Virus record (IMG/VR): IMGVR_UViG_3300047560_001024
Coordinates: 1-57,610 of that record
Length of the DNA: 57,610 bases
From: a virus
Lineage: Duplodnaviria > Caudoviricetes
Direction: 5' to 3' (one strand)
Position numbers and translations under genes: made by a program. The notes under the pieces were generated by a model. The model saw only the letters and a list, made by a program, of their open reading frames with translations. It was not told the origin of the DNA and did not search any database. Shown piece by piece: positions 17,207 to 27,186 of the stretch. Each line of letters starts with the position of its first letter. The stretch's first letter is position 1.

Positions 17207-17893
17207 ATGTACATTCCCGATAAATTTATATACCAAGCAATCAAACGAGTAGATACCCCCGAAGGTCGCAGATATGCTACTCCTGATGGACAAAAGCTAC
17301 CATCAGTAACTACAGTTCTTTCAGCAACTACCCCCGAAGATAAAAAGCAAGCACTGCAAAACTGGCGCAATGCAGTAGGACCCAAGAAAGCGCAAGAAAT
17401 ATCAACGGAAGCCGCAAGTCGCGGGACACGTATGCACAAGTGGCTCGAAGACTATGTTAAAACAGGAGCAATAGGTGTACCAGGTTCTAATCCATATTCC
17501 ATTCAAAGTCACCAGATGGCTAATTCTATTATCCAACAGGGCCTTGCAAATTGCAGTGAGTTCTGGGGCACAGAAGTTCCGTTATACTTCCCTAGTGTGT
17601 ATGCTGGAACTACTGATTTGGTCGGCGTCCATGATGGTAGTGAATCTATCATGGATCATAAGCAGACTAATAAACCCAAGAAACGAGAGTGGATTGATGA
17701 CTACTTTATCCAACTTGCGGCTTACGCAACGGCTCATAATGAGTTACACGGAACGAAAATCCGCAAAGGGGTTATTTTTATGTGTGATCCGAACGCTGTG
17801 TACCAAGAGTTCATCATAGAAGGTACTGAATTCGACCACTATCAGAATGAATGGTATAAACGATTGGAATTGTTCTATACCCAGTTCGTATAA
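17207..17893 (+). CDS. PD-(D/E)xK exonuclease (Cas4/MGME1-like phage exonuclease)
   Basis: LPSVTTVL, RGTRMH, YAGTTD, IMDHKQ, YFIQLAAY. Confidence 0.9.
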   Translation: MYIPDKFIYQAIKRVDTPEGRRYATPDGQKLPSVTTVLSATTPEDKKQALQNWRNAVGPKKAQEISTEAASRGTRMHKWLEDYVKTGAIGVPGSNPYSIQSHQMANSIIQQGLANCSEFWGTEVPLYFPSVYAGTTDLVGVHDGSESIMDHKQTNKPKKREWIDDYFIQLAAYATAHNELHGTKIRKGVIFMCDPNAVYQEFIIEGTEFDHYQNEWYKRLELFYTQFV

Positions 17894-17898
17894 ACGAT

Positions 17899-17932
17899 GA
17901 TAAATAGTATAATCACATAAAGATTATACTAT
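17899..17932 (+). promoter_or_regulatory. late promoter overlapped by start-codon-occluding hairpin
   Basis: GATAAATA 17899-17906; ATAGTATAATC (17904-17914)/GATTATACTAT (17922-17932). Confidence 0.7.
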
Positions 17933-20198
17933 GGCTATCGTACAAATCTCAAAAATCATTCACAGAACCGGTGCAAACGTAGACTTGCCTCAATTAGATG
18001 CAGGCGAATTTGGTTATGCAACGGATCAACAACGACTATACATCGGTGACGACTATATCGCTCACCCTCCTGTATCTGAAAGTTCTACTACACAAACTGA
18101 GGTGTTAACTGAGCATAGTACGCTAAGTTTCAACAAGATAGGTGGAGTAGCGAACACATCATTAACTTTAAATGATGTTCAAACTGGACAAATTTTAGTA
18201 GCATCCGGCAACGTAAGTGTCGGTAATGCTTGGACTAACTGGGACGGAGAACTAATCGGCCCAGATGATATCAAACTACAACTAGGTGCAGCAGAGACAC
18301 TTTCAATTAACGGTGGTTTGAACGGTTACTTCCTACAAACAGATGGTCAAGGTAATTTAACTTGGACAGATTCAGTAGGTGAAGTTACTATTCAAGGTAC
18401 ACCCGGTGGTTCAAACACACAATTGCAATTTAATGACGCCGGTGACTTTGGTGGCAGCGCATATTTAACATATAACAAAGTAACACACGCACTAACAGTT
18501 GACGGTGAGTTCAATGCTACTGGTAATATCAACGGTAACATTTCAGGAACTCATTTTGGTCCTGTAGGTAACGCAACAGTACGTTCAAGTGGTGAGTTCA
18601 CTACAGTTACAACAGTTTCTACAGCTATCATCGGTGGTAATATTACTGCTGCAAATGTAAATTCTACTGGTGAAGTAGTATCTTCAGGTAATGTTACCGC
18701 ACAGAACTTAGTGACAGCCGGAGAAGCAAACGTTGCAACATTAAATGTTACTGGCAATGTTGTTACATCATTGTTACCTGACACTGATGGTACAAAAGAC
18801 TTAGGTTCTTTCTGGCAAAGCTGGGGTAACCTATATATCAAGGGTGGAAATATTACATTAGGTAGTCGTGTACTTTCAACTGACGACTTTAACTTAATTG
18901 TTGATGGTGGGTTAACCGCGTCAAACGCTACGTTTGATACTAGTGTGTCGGCAGCTACATTAACTGGTACATTGACCACACACGCACAACCAAATATTAC
19001 TAGTGTGGGTACGTTAACATCATTAGCTGTTACTGGTGTATCTAATTTGGGTAGCAATGTCGCTAACATCAAATTGGGCGGCGGTGGCAATGGCTTCTTG
19101 TTGGGTACAGATGGTTTGGCAAATCTACGTTGGGTACCTAATACTGAACTATTGCGTAAGCCTTCAGGCTCTAACACACAGATTCAATATAATGATGGCG
19201 GCGACTTCGGTGCAGACTCAGGTCTTGTATATGACAAGTCTACTAGTACACTAACAACAAGTTCAATACAACTTGCTGGTACATTAAGAACAATCGGTAA
19301 CATTACTACTGCTCAAGTTAACAGTAACGGAACAATCACCGGCACAGTTATCACAGCAAATACACGCTTTGTAGGTAACGGTGCAAACTTGTCACAACTT
19401 AACGGTGCTAACGTCACTGGTACGGTAGCTAACGCAACCACAGCCGTGTTTGCTGGTACTGTTACTACAGGTAATCAACCTAACATTACTGGAATTGGTA
19501 CTCTAAGTAGTTTAAGTGTCACTGGTACAGTGGCTGCTGGTAACGCAAGCGTTGTCAACACGTTGACTACTAACAAGATTCAAACATCTTCTATTGTTGG
19601 TAACTTAATTCCAGACGCAAGCGGTACTCAAAGTTTAGGTACAGCCGCAAAGCGTTGGAAAGAATTGTATCTTGCTGGAACAACTATTTACTTAGGAACA
19701 AGTGTTCTACAGGATACTGGTGGTGCTCTAACTACAAACATAATTGGGTCTAACTCTGCATACGTAGGCGATGCAACATTAAGCACACAGATTGATGTAA
19801 TGTCTATCGTAAGCAGCACAAACAACTTATTTGTTTCTACAGACGCTGCCGGCGTAAGTTTATTATCAAAAGCTAACCAATCTGGTTCTGGTGTTTACAT
19901 CATGGATAGCACAAATACTGTGTCTGTACTAATTGATGACGGTACGGGAGCTGCAATTGAAACAGTTAAAGTAAATAACACTGGGTTGCTACCGGCAACA
20001 GGTGATGTGTACGATTTGGGTGCCGATGACAGACCTTGGAACAAAGCAGTTATCACCACAACAAAGACTAAAACACTTGACTTGAATTTAGAAGACGATT
20101 CAGGTACATTCAGTATGTTTGCAAATGTTAATGGTATCTTTGTTCGTAACAACATGACCGATGCGGTGTTCTCTGTCAACCTAACTCCGGTGGTCTAA
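17931..20198 (+). CDS. tail fibre/virion fibre protein
   Basis: N-terminal RTG...LPQLDAGEFGYATD..RLYIG anchor; GSNTQxQxND and QPNITxxGTLxSL repeats; G/N/T-rich. Confidence 0.85.
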   Translation: MAIVQISKIIHRTGANVDLPQLDAGEFGYATDQQRLYIGDDYIAHPPVSESSTTQTEVLTEHSTLSFNKIGGVANTSLTLNDVQTGQILVASGNVSVGNAWTNWDGELIGPDDIKLQLGAAETLSINGGLNGYFLQTDGQGNLTWTDSVGEVTIQGTPGGSNTQLQFNDAGDFGGSAYLTYNKVTHALTVDGEFNATGNINGNISGTHFGPVGNATVRSSGEFTTVTTVSTAIIGGNITAANVNSTGEVVSSGNVTAQNLVTAGEANVATLNVTGNVVTSLLPDTDGTKDLGSFWQSWGNLYIKGGNITLGSRVLSTDDFNLIVDGGLTASNATFDTSVSAATLTGTLTTHAQPNITSVGTLTSLAVTGVSNLGSNVANIKLGGGGNGFLLGTDGLANLRWVPNTELLRKPSGSNTQIQYNDGGDFGADSGLVYDKSTSTLTTSSIQLAGTLRTIGNITTAQVNSNGTITGTVITANTRFVGNGANLSQLNGANVTGTVANATTAVFAGTVTTGNQPNITGIGTLSSLSVTGTVAAGNASVVNTLTTNKIQTSSIVGNLIPDASGTQSLGTAAKRWKELYLAGTTIYLGTSVLQDTGGALTTNIIGSNSAYVGDATLSTQIDVMSIVSSTNNLFVSTDAAGVSLLSKANQSGSGVYIMDSTNTVSVLIDDGTGAAIETVKVNNTGLLPATGDVYDLGADDRPWNKAVITTTKTKTLDLNLEDDSGTFSMFANVNGIFVRNNMTDAVFSVNLTPVV

Positions 20199-20200
20199 AC

Positions 20201-20276
20201 GATAAATACATTGTATGACTTACATGGGGTAAGTTTTATGCGGAAGTCCAACCGCGTAGTGGGTTAGAACCCGCAT
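20201..20276 (+). promoter_or_regulatory. late promoter plus structured 5' leader (three hairpins)
   Basis: GATAAATA 20201; stems GACTTAC/GTAAGTT, TATGCGG/CCGCGTA, GTGGGT/ACCCGC before AAGGAG SD. Confidence 0.6.
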
Positions 20277-20294
20277 TTTCAAGGAGAAAATAAA

Positions 20295-21530
20295 ATGGCA
20301 CGTCCTCTAAATAAAAAATATTTCGGTAACCGCAACGTCGGTACCGACGGCACAGCAGATAACGGCATCGGTGGTGAAGGCGTAGGTAGCGTCACAATCG
20401 GTACAGAAGGTACATACACTTCTGGTTTACCAACAGCAACATTCTCAACACCTGATATTCCAGGTGGTGTTCGTGCTACTGGCGTAGTTCATGGTCATGC
20501 ATTATCAGCAGCTACTACAAGTAACGGTACAGGATATAATGTAGGTGATGTATTAACAGTTGCTGGCGGAACAAGAACTTCAGCAGCTACTTTCCCAGTT
20601 GCAAGTATCACTACATTAGGCACACCTGGTATCACTAACGGTGGTTCATTGTACGATGTAACTGACGGTTCAGAAGGTGACAGAATTACATTCACTCACG
20701 CTAATTTGACAACAGCTTTGCGTGTTCGTGTTACTGGAGTTAGCGGTAGCACAGTAACTAGCATCGTAGTTGAACAAGCAGGTATCTGGAATGGTACTGG
20801 CGCGTTCCCAACAAGCATGGCTGATGGTGTAGGTGGCTTCACTGCAACTACAACAGCAAGAAGCGGCGGCGACAACAACGGTAACGGTTTAGTATTGAGT
20901 TTCTCTGGTTCTAACTGGGGTGTTTACTCATTCGGTACAGTAGCAGTTCAAGGTGATTACACAGTAGCTGCAAGTAACCCTGCTAGTTTCACTGGTGGTA
21001 CTGGTACTGGTGCAGCAGCGGACATCACTTACGGTGTTAGTGGTATTGTTGTTACACAAAAAGGTTCTGGCTACACAGCACCGAGCGATGCAGCAATCAC
21101 ATTCAGTGGCGGCACAGCTGCCGGAACATCAGTATTGACTACTGATTCAGGTTCTTACGGTACACCAACATCAGGTGATTTGATGAACTCTAATAACCAA
21201 GAAAATGCTATCCGCATGACAGCATACTTGACAGGTGGTTCTGCTTCTGAAGTTGATATTATCAAGCAAGTTGGCGCAAAGCGTTTCAAAGTTACTGACG
21301 GTACTCGTTCTGGTGTTGTAACATTGCAAGATTCATTGGCAAACGCTGCAGGCGAGGGTTCTATCGGTGCAGTTGACAGCGATGGTGGTACATACTTCAT
21401 CACAAAAATTGCTGCTCGTAGAGCAACAGTAACTCGTGGTACAGGTACACAATTTGCTACAGGTCAATCAGTTCCATGGAACATGACAGCCGCAGTTGCA
21501 AACGTTTCTGTTAAAATCTCTAACGCTTAA
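20295..21530 (+). CDS. virion structural protein (G/T-rich)
   Basis: MARPLNKKYFG start; GxGY repeats; IIKQVGAKRFKV; strong SD; terminator after. Confidence 0.75.
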   Translation: MARPLNKKYFGNRNVGTDGTADNGIGGEGVGSVTIGTEGTYTSGLPTATFSTPDIPGGVRATGVVHGHALSAATTSNGTGYNVGDVLTVAGGTRTSAATFPVASITTLGTPGITNGGSLYDVTDGSEGDRITFTHANLTTALRVRVTGVSGSTVTSIVVEQAGIWNGTGAFPTSMADGVGGFTATTTARSGGDNNGNGLVLSFSGSNWGVYSFGTVAVQGDYTVAASNPASFTGGTGTGAAADITYGVSGIVVTQKGSGYTAPSDAAITFSGGTAAGTSVLTTDSGSYGTPTSGDLMNSNNQENAIRMTAYLTGGSASEVDIIKQVGAKRFKVTDGTRSGVVTLQDSLANAAGEGSIGAVDSDGGTYFITKIAARRATVTRGTGTQFATGQSVPWNMTAAVANVSVKISNA

Positions 21531-21543
21531 TTTTATTAAGCCC

Positions 21544-21577
21544 AATAAAAAAGCCGCTTCATGCGGCTTTTTTTATT
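21544..21577. terminator. bidirectional rho-independent terminator
   Basis: AAAAAAGCCGC-ttcat-GCGGCTTTTTTT between convergent genes. Confidence 0.9.
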
Positions 21578-21978
21578 AGTTTCTTTAGTTTGTCTTGCAC
21601 TACGTCAAAGTTTATAGTGTTAAACAATCCAGGATGCAACGGCTTGGGATAGTGCTCGGGGTCAACCCAACAGTAACCACAATGTTCTTCATTTAGTATT
21701 GGTATAAATTCTTCTTCAACAACACAAAAGAAAGTGTGATACGTAAACAGATTGTTGATGAACTTTTGAATAGGAACAAGTTTAGCATCTAATGGAAAGA
21801 AATCAATTTCTTCCATACACTCACGTTCTATCCCCTCAAAGAGAGTTTCATCTTTCTCAATCTTGCCACCAGGTATTCCCCAGTTGCCTGCATTCTTATC
21901 ATCCGCTCTTAACAGAAATAAAAATCTATTTGTTTTCTTTGCGTAGAAAAAGACACCAGCAGATGTATTTTCAGTCAT
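21559..21978 (-). CDS. NUDIX hydrolase
   Basis: Nudix box WGIPGGKIEKDETLFEGIERECMEEI; LNEEH. Confidence 0.9.
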   Translation of the reverse strand: MTENTSAGVFFYAKKTNRFLFLLRADDKNAGNWGIPGGKIEKDETLFEGIERECMEEIDFFPLDAKLVPIQKFINNLFTYHTFFCVVEEEFIPILNEEHCGYCWVDPEHYPKPLHPGLFNTINFDVVQDKLKKLIKKAA

Positions 21979-21996
21979 ACACTAATTTATCATTAG

Positions 21997-23367
21997 TTAG
22001 ATGACGATACTAAAATCTCCCTGGTCATAGAACCCTTCATAACTCTTGACCCACATTCTATTAACATAACGATATTGAACACCAGTTGTTAAGTTAGAAA
22101 CAAACTCAACAGCAGTGTGTTCGATACTGTTAAACACTACGTACCACTTGCCTTCTGTTGCGTTATATTGAATAATGTCATTGGCATTAGCTACGATAGT
22201 TCCCCACGCATTTGACTGTGATCCTTCACTACCTAAATCTTCGACAATTAGGTATCGTTGTCCATTGCTTACTTCAGGTAAACCTGTTCCGGGTACTTTG
22301 CGATATGGGTTGATGACGCTATCTACTGGCTCAAGCGTATCTTGTGGTAATGTATCCGGGTCAACATTGAATGACAACAAACGGTCATCGTTGGGGTTAA
22401 ATGCAATAGTACCTACAATCTCTGTATCCATGTATGGGTTTTGCAACCAAATCTGTGACACTCCCGCCTTCACTGAACCATATGGTCCCAAGAATGCACT
22501 CCAGTAAATGTTTGTGTTCGGACTATCAGGCAAGTCAGTAGATGCTGAGTTCGATGGCATGGGCTGGTTTTGTGGCAATACTTGTAATGTGTTACCGATG
22601 AACAGAATCTTATAACCATACGGAGTAATCTTCTGTCTAGTACCTAACAACAAATCATCATCTTGCATATCTGTAAGAGCATTGCCTTGGAATATACTTG
22701 CAATAATTTTGTGAATCACTCCTAGCTTTCTAACTTTAGCAGGCCCGCTAATCCAGATAGGCATATAGAACTTCCATGACATAACATCAATTGGGTTGCC
22801 TGTACCTACAGGGATACTTCTGCTACTGAAAGTTAGACCGTCTTGATAAACCACACTTAAACTTGTCCAGTCGATAAAGTTATCTGTGCTTTGAATTTCT
22901 AAAGCAGGATTGAATAATGTTCCTAACTGTTCAATCAACTCAAGTTTTTGGTTGTAGTTTGTAGTCCAAAAGTCTACAGTGATTCTTAGTGTGTATGGTA
23001 CAGGCATCATACGTTCTACTGTAAATGCTTGACCTTGTGTGCTTTCAAAACTTTGTGTGTCTTGATTGTATGTCTTTTGACGCACAGATAGTTTATCAAT
23101 GAATGTAGGATCTTGTGTACGTTTCTGGTCGTATTCTAGTCCACTGATGTAATATGTAATCATCGGTGCTGATGGCAAACTGCTTGCGCTGTTGTTAGCA
23201 ACAATAGTAGAGGCTTGTCTACTTGAATCACCGTACTGAATAGGCACACGAACAAGAATGTCGTTGCCTGCAGGATCCTTACCTTTAGTTACTTGCCAGT
23301 CGCTAAAGATTCTAGCAAATTGGACTAAGAATCTGCGTATCTGTGTATCATAAAAAAATTGTGCCAT
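21997..23367 (-). CDS. tail terminator/sheath stabilizer (T4 gp15-like) with C-terminal extension
   Basis: FFYDTQIRRFLVQF, VPIQYG, MPVPYTL, QKLELIEQL..LFNP. Confidence 0.8.
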   Translation of the reverse strand: MAQFFYDTQIRRFLVQFARIFSDWQVTKGKDPAGNDILVRVPIQYGDSSRQASTIVANNSASSLPSAPMITYYISGLEYDQKRTQDPTFIDKLSVRQKTYNQDTQSFESTQGQAFTVERMMPVPYTLRITVDFWTTNYNQKLELIEQLGTLFNPALEIQSTDNFIDWTSLSVVYQDGLTFSSRSIPVGTGNPIDVMSWKFYMPIWISGPAKVRKLGVIHKIIASIFQGNALTDMQDDDLLLGTRQKITPYGYKILFIGNTLQVLPQNQPMPSNSASTDLPDSPNTNIYWSAFLGPYGSVKAGVSQIWLQNPYMDTEIVGTIAFNPNDDRLLSFNVDPDTLPQDTLEPVDSVINPYRKVPGTGLPEVSNGQRYLIVEDLGSEGSQSNAWGTIVANANDIIQYNATEGKWYVVFNSIEHTAVEFVSNLTTGVQYRYVNRMWVKSYEGFYDQGDFSIVI

Positions 23368-23375
23368 TGTTTACC

Positions 23376-24995
23376 TTAATCTGGTTGAATCTTCAAAATA
23401 GATGATAGTGACTGACGTTCTGGCATTGTAGTACCGTCACTTAATATTGTTACATTGCTGTTGTTGATGAACGAAGCACGTTGGTTACCTGCTCCGTCTT
23501 CTATACCAACACCAGTGCGTACATTCTCACTAATCTTGACCCATAACTTACCGTCCCAGCGGAACATTTGCTGTGGTAAGTAATCGATGCGTAAGAAGTA
23601 ATCACCTTGAATAGGATTACTTGGGAATGATATACCGCTATTGAATGGTTCACCGTTAGGTGCAGTACCATCTCCTGCAAGATATCCATCTGCATATCCA
23701 AATCCCTTTGGACTTACACGTGTGACATAACGGAATCTAGGGTCAGTGTCAGCACGATAGTCCATAATGTCAGGTGTTATGATACCATCGAAGTTAGGCT
23801 GAGTAGGGTCCTGGTCTGTTCTAGCAAGTACTGTATCAGCAGTACCATATGGAATAGTCTCACTAATCTTTCTTGCGGCTAGTACTAACGTACCCATAAC
23901 TTGTCCGGAGCCACTGTCAGTTTTATCTGGGGCAACTTCTGCTAGTTCTAAATTGATTTTAATAAGTTTCTCTAATGCATCTTTTGCACCACTTAACAGT
24001 GAAGCAACATTCTTACTAACTCTAACCACTGGGCTAGGTTGCGAATAACCCGGAGTTCTTACTAACTGTAATGTACCTCTTGTCGGTACAGGTCTGATAG
24101 GTGAAGTAACAATGTCAACTGGATTAGCCGGTTGTCCATTGTCTTGAATTGGTGTAACGTATAATGATGAACGGTCGTAACCACTCTTTGGAAGATTCTT
24201 TTTAGCTTCCTCAAGATTAGCGTCATTGATTACAATGTTTTGATTGTAACGACTTAATACATCACGAATATTATCTGCCAAGTCTAACTCCCAATAGTCT
24301 GGATCAGGAGGCATAATTCCTGCAGGTACATCTTGAGTTGGCACATAATTTTTACCACCATATGTAACAACGTATCCCGGTACATATGTAGATGTTCTAT
24401 TCCATTCCCCTAAGTAGTTATCTTTATCCATAGGGGTGTCAAGAATTTGACTATACTCTTGGCTATCTACTAACGGCTCACATTTGATACGCCACAGGTG
24501 AGGGTACCAAGTTGAAGTGAATCCTTCACTTGCAAAGTTTGCATCAGTAATTTGATAGTATCTACGAAGCCCTACTGGAATCTTGTCATTCAGTGGATGA
24601 TAGTCAGTTAAGTGTGGCAATTCAAATACGTCACCAACCATCAACTTACGCCCAATCAATTCAATCATATCATTGTAATGGACAGTGATGAAAATAATGT
24701 CATTGTTTAAGAACAACCCAAATTGTGATAAGTCGAAATCTAGGTTTTGTACGTTGTAGTGACCTCTGATGCGATAGATATCTGAATCATACTTGCGGTC
24801 ACGATTTTCCATGAATAGCAAATCTTGAATAGCCATTGGATCTGGAGTACCAGATTCTGAACTAGGCGGTACTGTACCCAAATACTTGTGTATATATAAA
24901 TCTGTAGCACCAACAGTAAACATTTCCTTGATGCTTCTATCTAGGAATTTGTAGTCATTGGTCTTTTCTGAGCGATAAAGTGAAAGTCTTGGCAT
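23376..24995 (-). CDS. neck/head-closure protein (T4 gp14-like), enlarged
   Basis: DLLFMENRDRKY, LSQFGLFL..D, VGDVFELPH; upstream of gp15-like gene; TAAATA on minus at 25017-25022. Confidence 0.7.
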   Translation of the reverse strand: MPRLSLYRSEKTNDYKFLDRSIKEMFTVGATDLYIHKYLGTVPPSSESGTPDPMAIQDLLFMENRDRKYDSDIYRIRGHYNVQNLDFDLSQFGLFLNNDIIFITVHYNDMIELIGRKLMVGDVFELPHLTDYHPLNDKIPVGLRRYYQITDANFASEGFTSTWYPHLWRIKCEPLVDSQEYSQILDTPMDKDNYLGEWNRTSTYVPGYVVTYGGKNYVPTQDVPAGIMPPDPDYWELDLADNIRDVLSRYNQNIVINDANLEEAKKNLPKSGYDRSSLYVTPIQDNGQPANPVDIVTSPIRPVPTRGTLQLVRTPGYSQPSPVVRVSKNVASLLSGAKDALEKLIKINLELAEVAPDKTDSGSGQVMGTLVLAARKISETIPYGTADTVLARTDQDPTQPNFDGIITPDIMDYRADTDPRFRYVTRVSPKGFGYADGYLAGDGTAPNGEPFNSGISFPSNPIQGDYFLRIDYLPQQMFRWDGKLWVKISENVRTGVGIEDGAGNQRASFINNSNVTILSDGTTMPERQSLSSILKIQPD

Positions 24996-25048
24996 TGTGT
25001 TTGTCCAATTATTATGTATTTAGTATAAAAGTTTTACCTTTATAGGAC

Positions 25049-25077
25049 TTGACTTTTAATAGAAAGTCATATATAAT
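25049..25077 (+). promoter_or_regulatory. near-consensus sigma70 promoter with internal inverted repeat
   Basis: TTGACT-17 nt-TATAAT; TGACTTT/AAAGTCA at 25050-25069. Confidence 0.8.
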
Positions 25078-25102
25078 ATCAGTATTGTTAACAGGAGCAT
25101 CT

Positions 25103-26263
25103 ATGGCGACACGCAAACCCAAGCAAACAAGTGACCATTTTATTAAAGCATTGAACCCCCGTGAGGCAGATACTAAGTATTTGGGTGACGAACCTTTCTT
25201 CCCGCTCCAACCAGATAGCGACCAACGAACTGTAGCCCTAACTCGTGGGTTTACGTGGTACAATCGTTTCTACGGTAAAAAAGACGCAAAAGACTTATTG
25301 TGTCAATATCTAGACCACAATAATCGTACAGACGAAGCTAAAAAACTACGCAAAGTAGATGAAAAAGAATTTTTAATGACATTGTGCTGGTTGGCACGTA
25401 TGACACTACGCGGTCTTGAATTGAACGAGCATGAGGGAATGACACTTGAGAATGAAATCAGTCGTTTAATTCTATGCACAGCTAAACCCGAAGTCGTTGA
25501 AAAGACTGAGGAAATTGTATCTAATCGTCCTAACATTCAGGAGATTATGAAAGAGAAAGCCCGCGATGCCGCAGGCGAACTAGAAGGTCTCTTTGATGAA
25601 TTCTACATTGATGGTAAAGTGTCAGAAAAGACAGTTGATATTGTTGCTAAGTTCAATGTCATGCCTCAACATATCCCATTGATTGTTGACATGTGGAAGC
25701 GTAAGCAAAAAGAGTTTGAGGAATTATCTGATACTGATGACAAAGAGTTGAAAGAAGCCTACGGTAACTTAGGCAAGATTCAATTGCGTAACATTCTCAA
25801 ATTCATTGAGGGTGTTCTAGGTGACTTGAATAGCTATATCTCAATTAAGAAAGCAAGCAAAGCTCCTCGTAAGCGTAAGGCTGTGCCAGTCGAGAAGATT
25901 GTGGCTAAGTTGAAGTACTTGAAGGAATTCAAAGATGCTACAAATAAACTCGAACTTATCTCAGTCCACCCGACGAAACTTCATGGAGCAAGCGAAGCGT
26001 GGGTCTATGACACAGCAAAACGAAAACTCCACCATTACATTGCAGATGAATATTCAAAGAGTTTTACCGTTAAAGGTAATGCTTTACTCGGTTTCGATAC
26101 AAATGCTTCCGAAATCAAAACTCTCAGAAAGCCTGGAGAACAGATTAAAGAAGTTATGGGGAGCAAGCCTGCGGCGCGTAAGTACTTTAAAGACATTAAA
26201 GCTGTCAGTGCTACGCCTAATGGACGATTCAATGAGAACATGATTATCTTAAAGGCATTCTAA
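25103..26263 (+). CDS. hypothetical early protein
   Basis: ATG at 25103 with AGGAG SD (track start 25049 lies in the promoter); 386 aa. Confidence 0.8.
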   Translation: MATRKPKQTSDHFIKALNPREADTKYLGDEPFFPLQPDSDQRTVALTRGFTWYNRFYGKKDAKDLLCQYLDHNNRTDEAKKLRKVDEKEFLMTLCWLARMTLRGLELNEHEGMTLENEISRLILCTAKPEVVEKTEEIVSNRPNIQEIMKEKARDAAGELEGLFDEFYIDGKVSEKTVDIVAKFNVMPQHIPLIVDMWKRKQKEFEELSDTDDKELKEAYGNLGKIQLRNILKFIEGVLGDLNSYISIKKASKAPRKRKAVPVEKIVAKLKYLKEFKDATNKLELISVHPTKLHGASEAWVYDTAKRKLHHYIADEYSKSFTVKGNALLGFDTNASEIKTLRKPGEQIKEVMGSKPAARKYFKDIKAVSATPNGRFNENMIILKAF

Positions 26264-26496
26264 TGAATGAACGTTTAACAGAGTTATATAGAGCCAGCAG
26301 ACCTAAAGAAGCACTAGCATCACAGGATGAGTTTAAATCTGCGAATGCCCTGCTCGGGTCAGACGTAGAAAAGTTCGCCGAGTTGATTGTGAAAGAATGT
26401 GCTGGCATTTATTCTAAAATTGATAATGGCAATTCGCACATGGGTACAGACGATTACCTCACTGCCTTAGTCAAACATTTCGGAGTTGAAAAATGA
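26263..26496 (+). CDS. hypothetical protein
   Basis: TAATG overlap; EKFAELIVKECA motif typical of small phage proteins. Confidence 0.75.
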   Translation: MNERLTELYRASRPKEALASQDEFKSANALLGSDVEKFAELIVKECAGIYSKIDNGNSHMGTDDYLTALVKHFGVEK

Positions 26497-26735
26497 AAAT
26501 CTTAGGAGTACGCTGGTTTGCAGGTAGAAACTGCATCGGCATTGTTCAGTACATTGAGGATGAGGAAGTGTCACTATATCGTCAGACAGGTGACGCCGAC
26601 TACAAATACTACATTGGTGTAGGTAATGGTCGTGACGAAAAAGAGGATATGCAAACCATCGCCGATTGGGGCAGTACTTTTGACAAGGCTGCCGGTGATG
26701 TGTTATTCAAAGTTTATAAAGGAGAACCCATTTGA
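26493..26735 (+). CDS. hypothetical protein
   Basis: ATGA overlap, GGAG SD. Confidence 0.75.
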   Translation: MKILGVRWFAGRNCIGIVQYIEDEEVSLYRQTGDADYKYYIGVGNGRDEKEDMQTIADWGSTFDKAAGDVLFKVYKGEPI

Positions 26736-27145
26736 GCAATATTGATTTAAACAAATACAAAGATTTTGTAGAGGCTGTAACAAGCCGCCCTAGTAACGAC
26801 TTGACTGATTTTATTAATCGGGTAGATAACTTAGACGCAAATGAGTTGAATATCAACGTTCCATTGTTGATGACAGCTTGTATGGGACTTGCCGCAGAGG
26901 CAGGAGAGTTTATCGAAGTGCCCAAGAAAATCATTTTTCAGGGTAAGCCACTGGACGCAGACAATGTGTTTCATATGAAGCGTGAACTAGGTGACGTTAT
27001 GTGGTACTGGATTAATGCTTGTCGTGCATTGAATCTTGACCCTAACGAAGTCATTGACGAGAACGTGCGTAAATTAGAATCACGTTATCCAGGTGGTTCT
27101 TTTGACGCACACTATAGCGAAAATCGTAAAGCAGGAGACCTTTAA
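26732..27145 (+). CDS. mazG: MazG-like nucleotide pyrophosphohydrolase
   Basis: GLAAEAGEFIEVPKK, KRELGDVMWY, NVRKLESRYP; AAGGAG SD and TTG start. Confidence 0.9.
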   Translation: MSNIDLNKYKDFVEAVTSRPSNDLTDFINRVDNLDANELNINVPLLMTACMGLAAEAGEFIEVPKKIIFQGKPLDADNVFHMKRELGDVMWYWINACRALNLDPNEVIDENVRKLESRYPGGSFDAHYSENRKAGDL

Positions 27146-27152
27146 GGTGCTA

Positions 27153-27183
27153 ATACTCCAGATAAATAATATATCTGGAGTAT
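27153..27183 (+). promoter_or_regulatory. late promoter inside an SD-occluding hairpin
   Basis: ATACTCCAGATA/TATCTGGAGTAT perfect 12 bp stem; GATAAATA 27161-27168; GGAG in 3' arm. Confidence 0.8.
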
Positions 27184-27186
27184 ATA

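Noticed and set aside
17207-17893. CRISPR-associated Cas4
   Set aside because: Stand-alone phage PD-(D/E)xK nuclease without the four-Cys cluster or cas context
18551-19177. Long antisense ORFs over fibre, sheath and Clp genes
   Set aside because: Shadow frames produced by codon bias of the sense genes; no SD, promoter or recognisable motifs
17931-20198. Diversity-generating retroelement target (Mtd-like N-terminus)
   Set aside because: No reverse transcriptase and no template/variable repeat pair differing at adenines seen in the window
25049-25102. N-terminal extension of the 404 aa ORF
   Set aside because: The TTG is the -35 box; ATG at 25103 has an AGGAG SD
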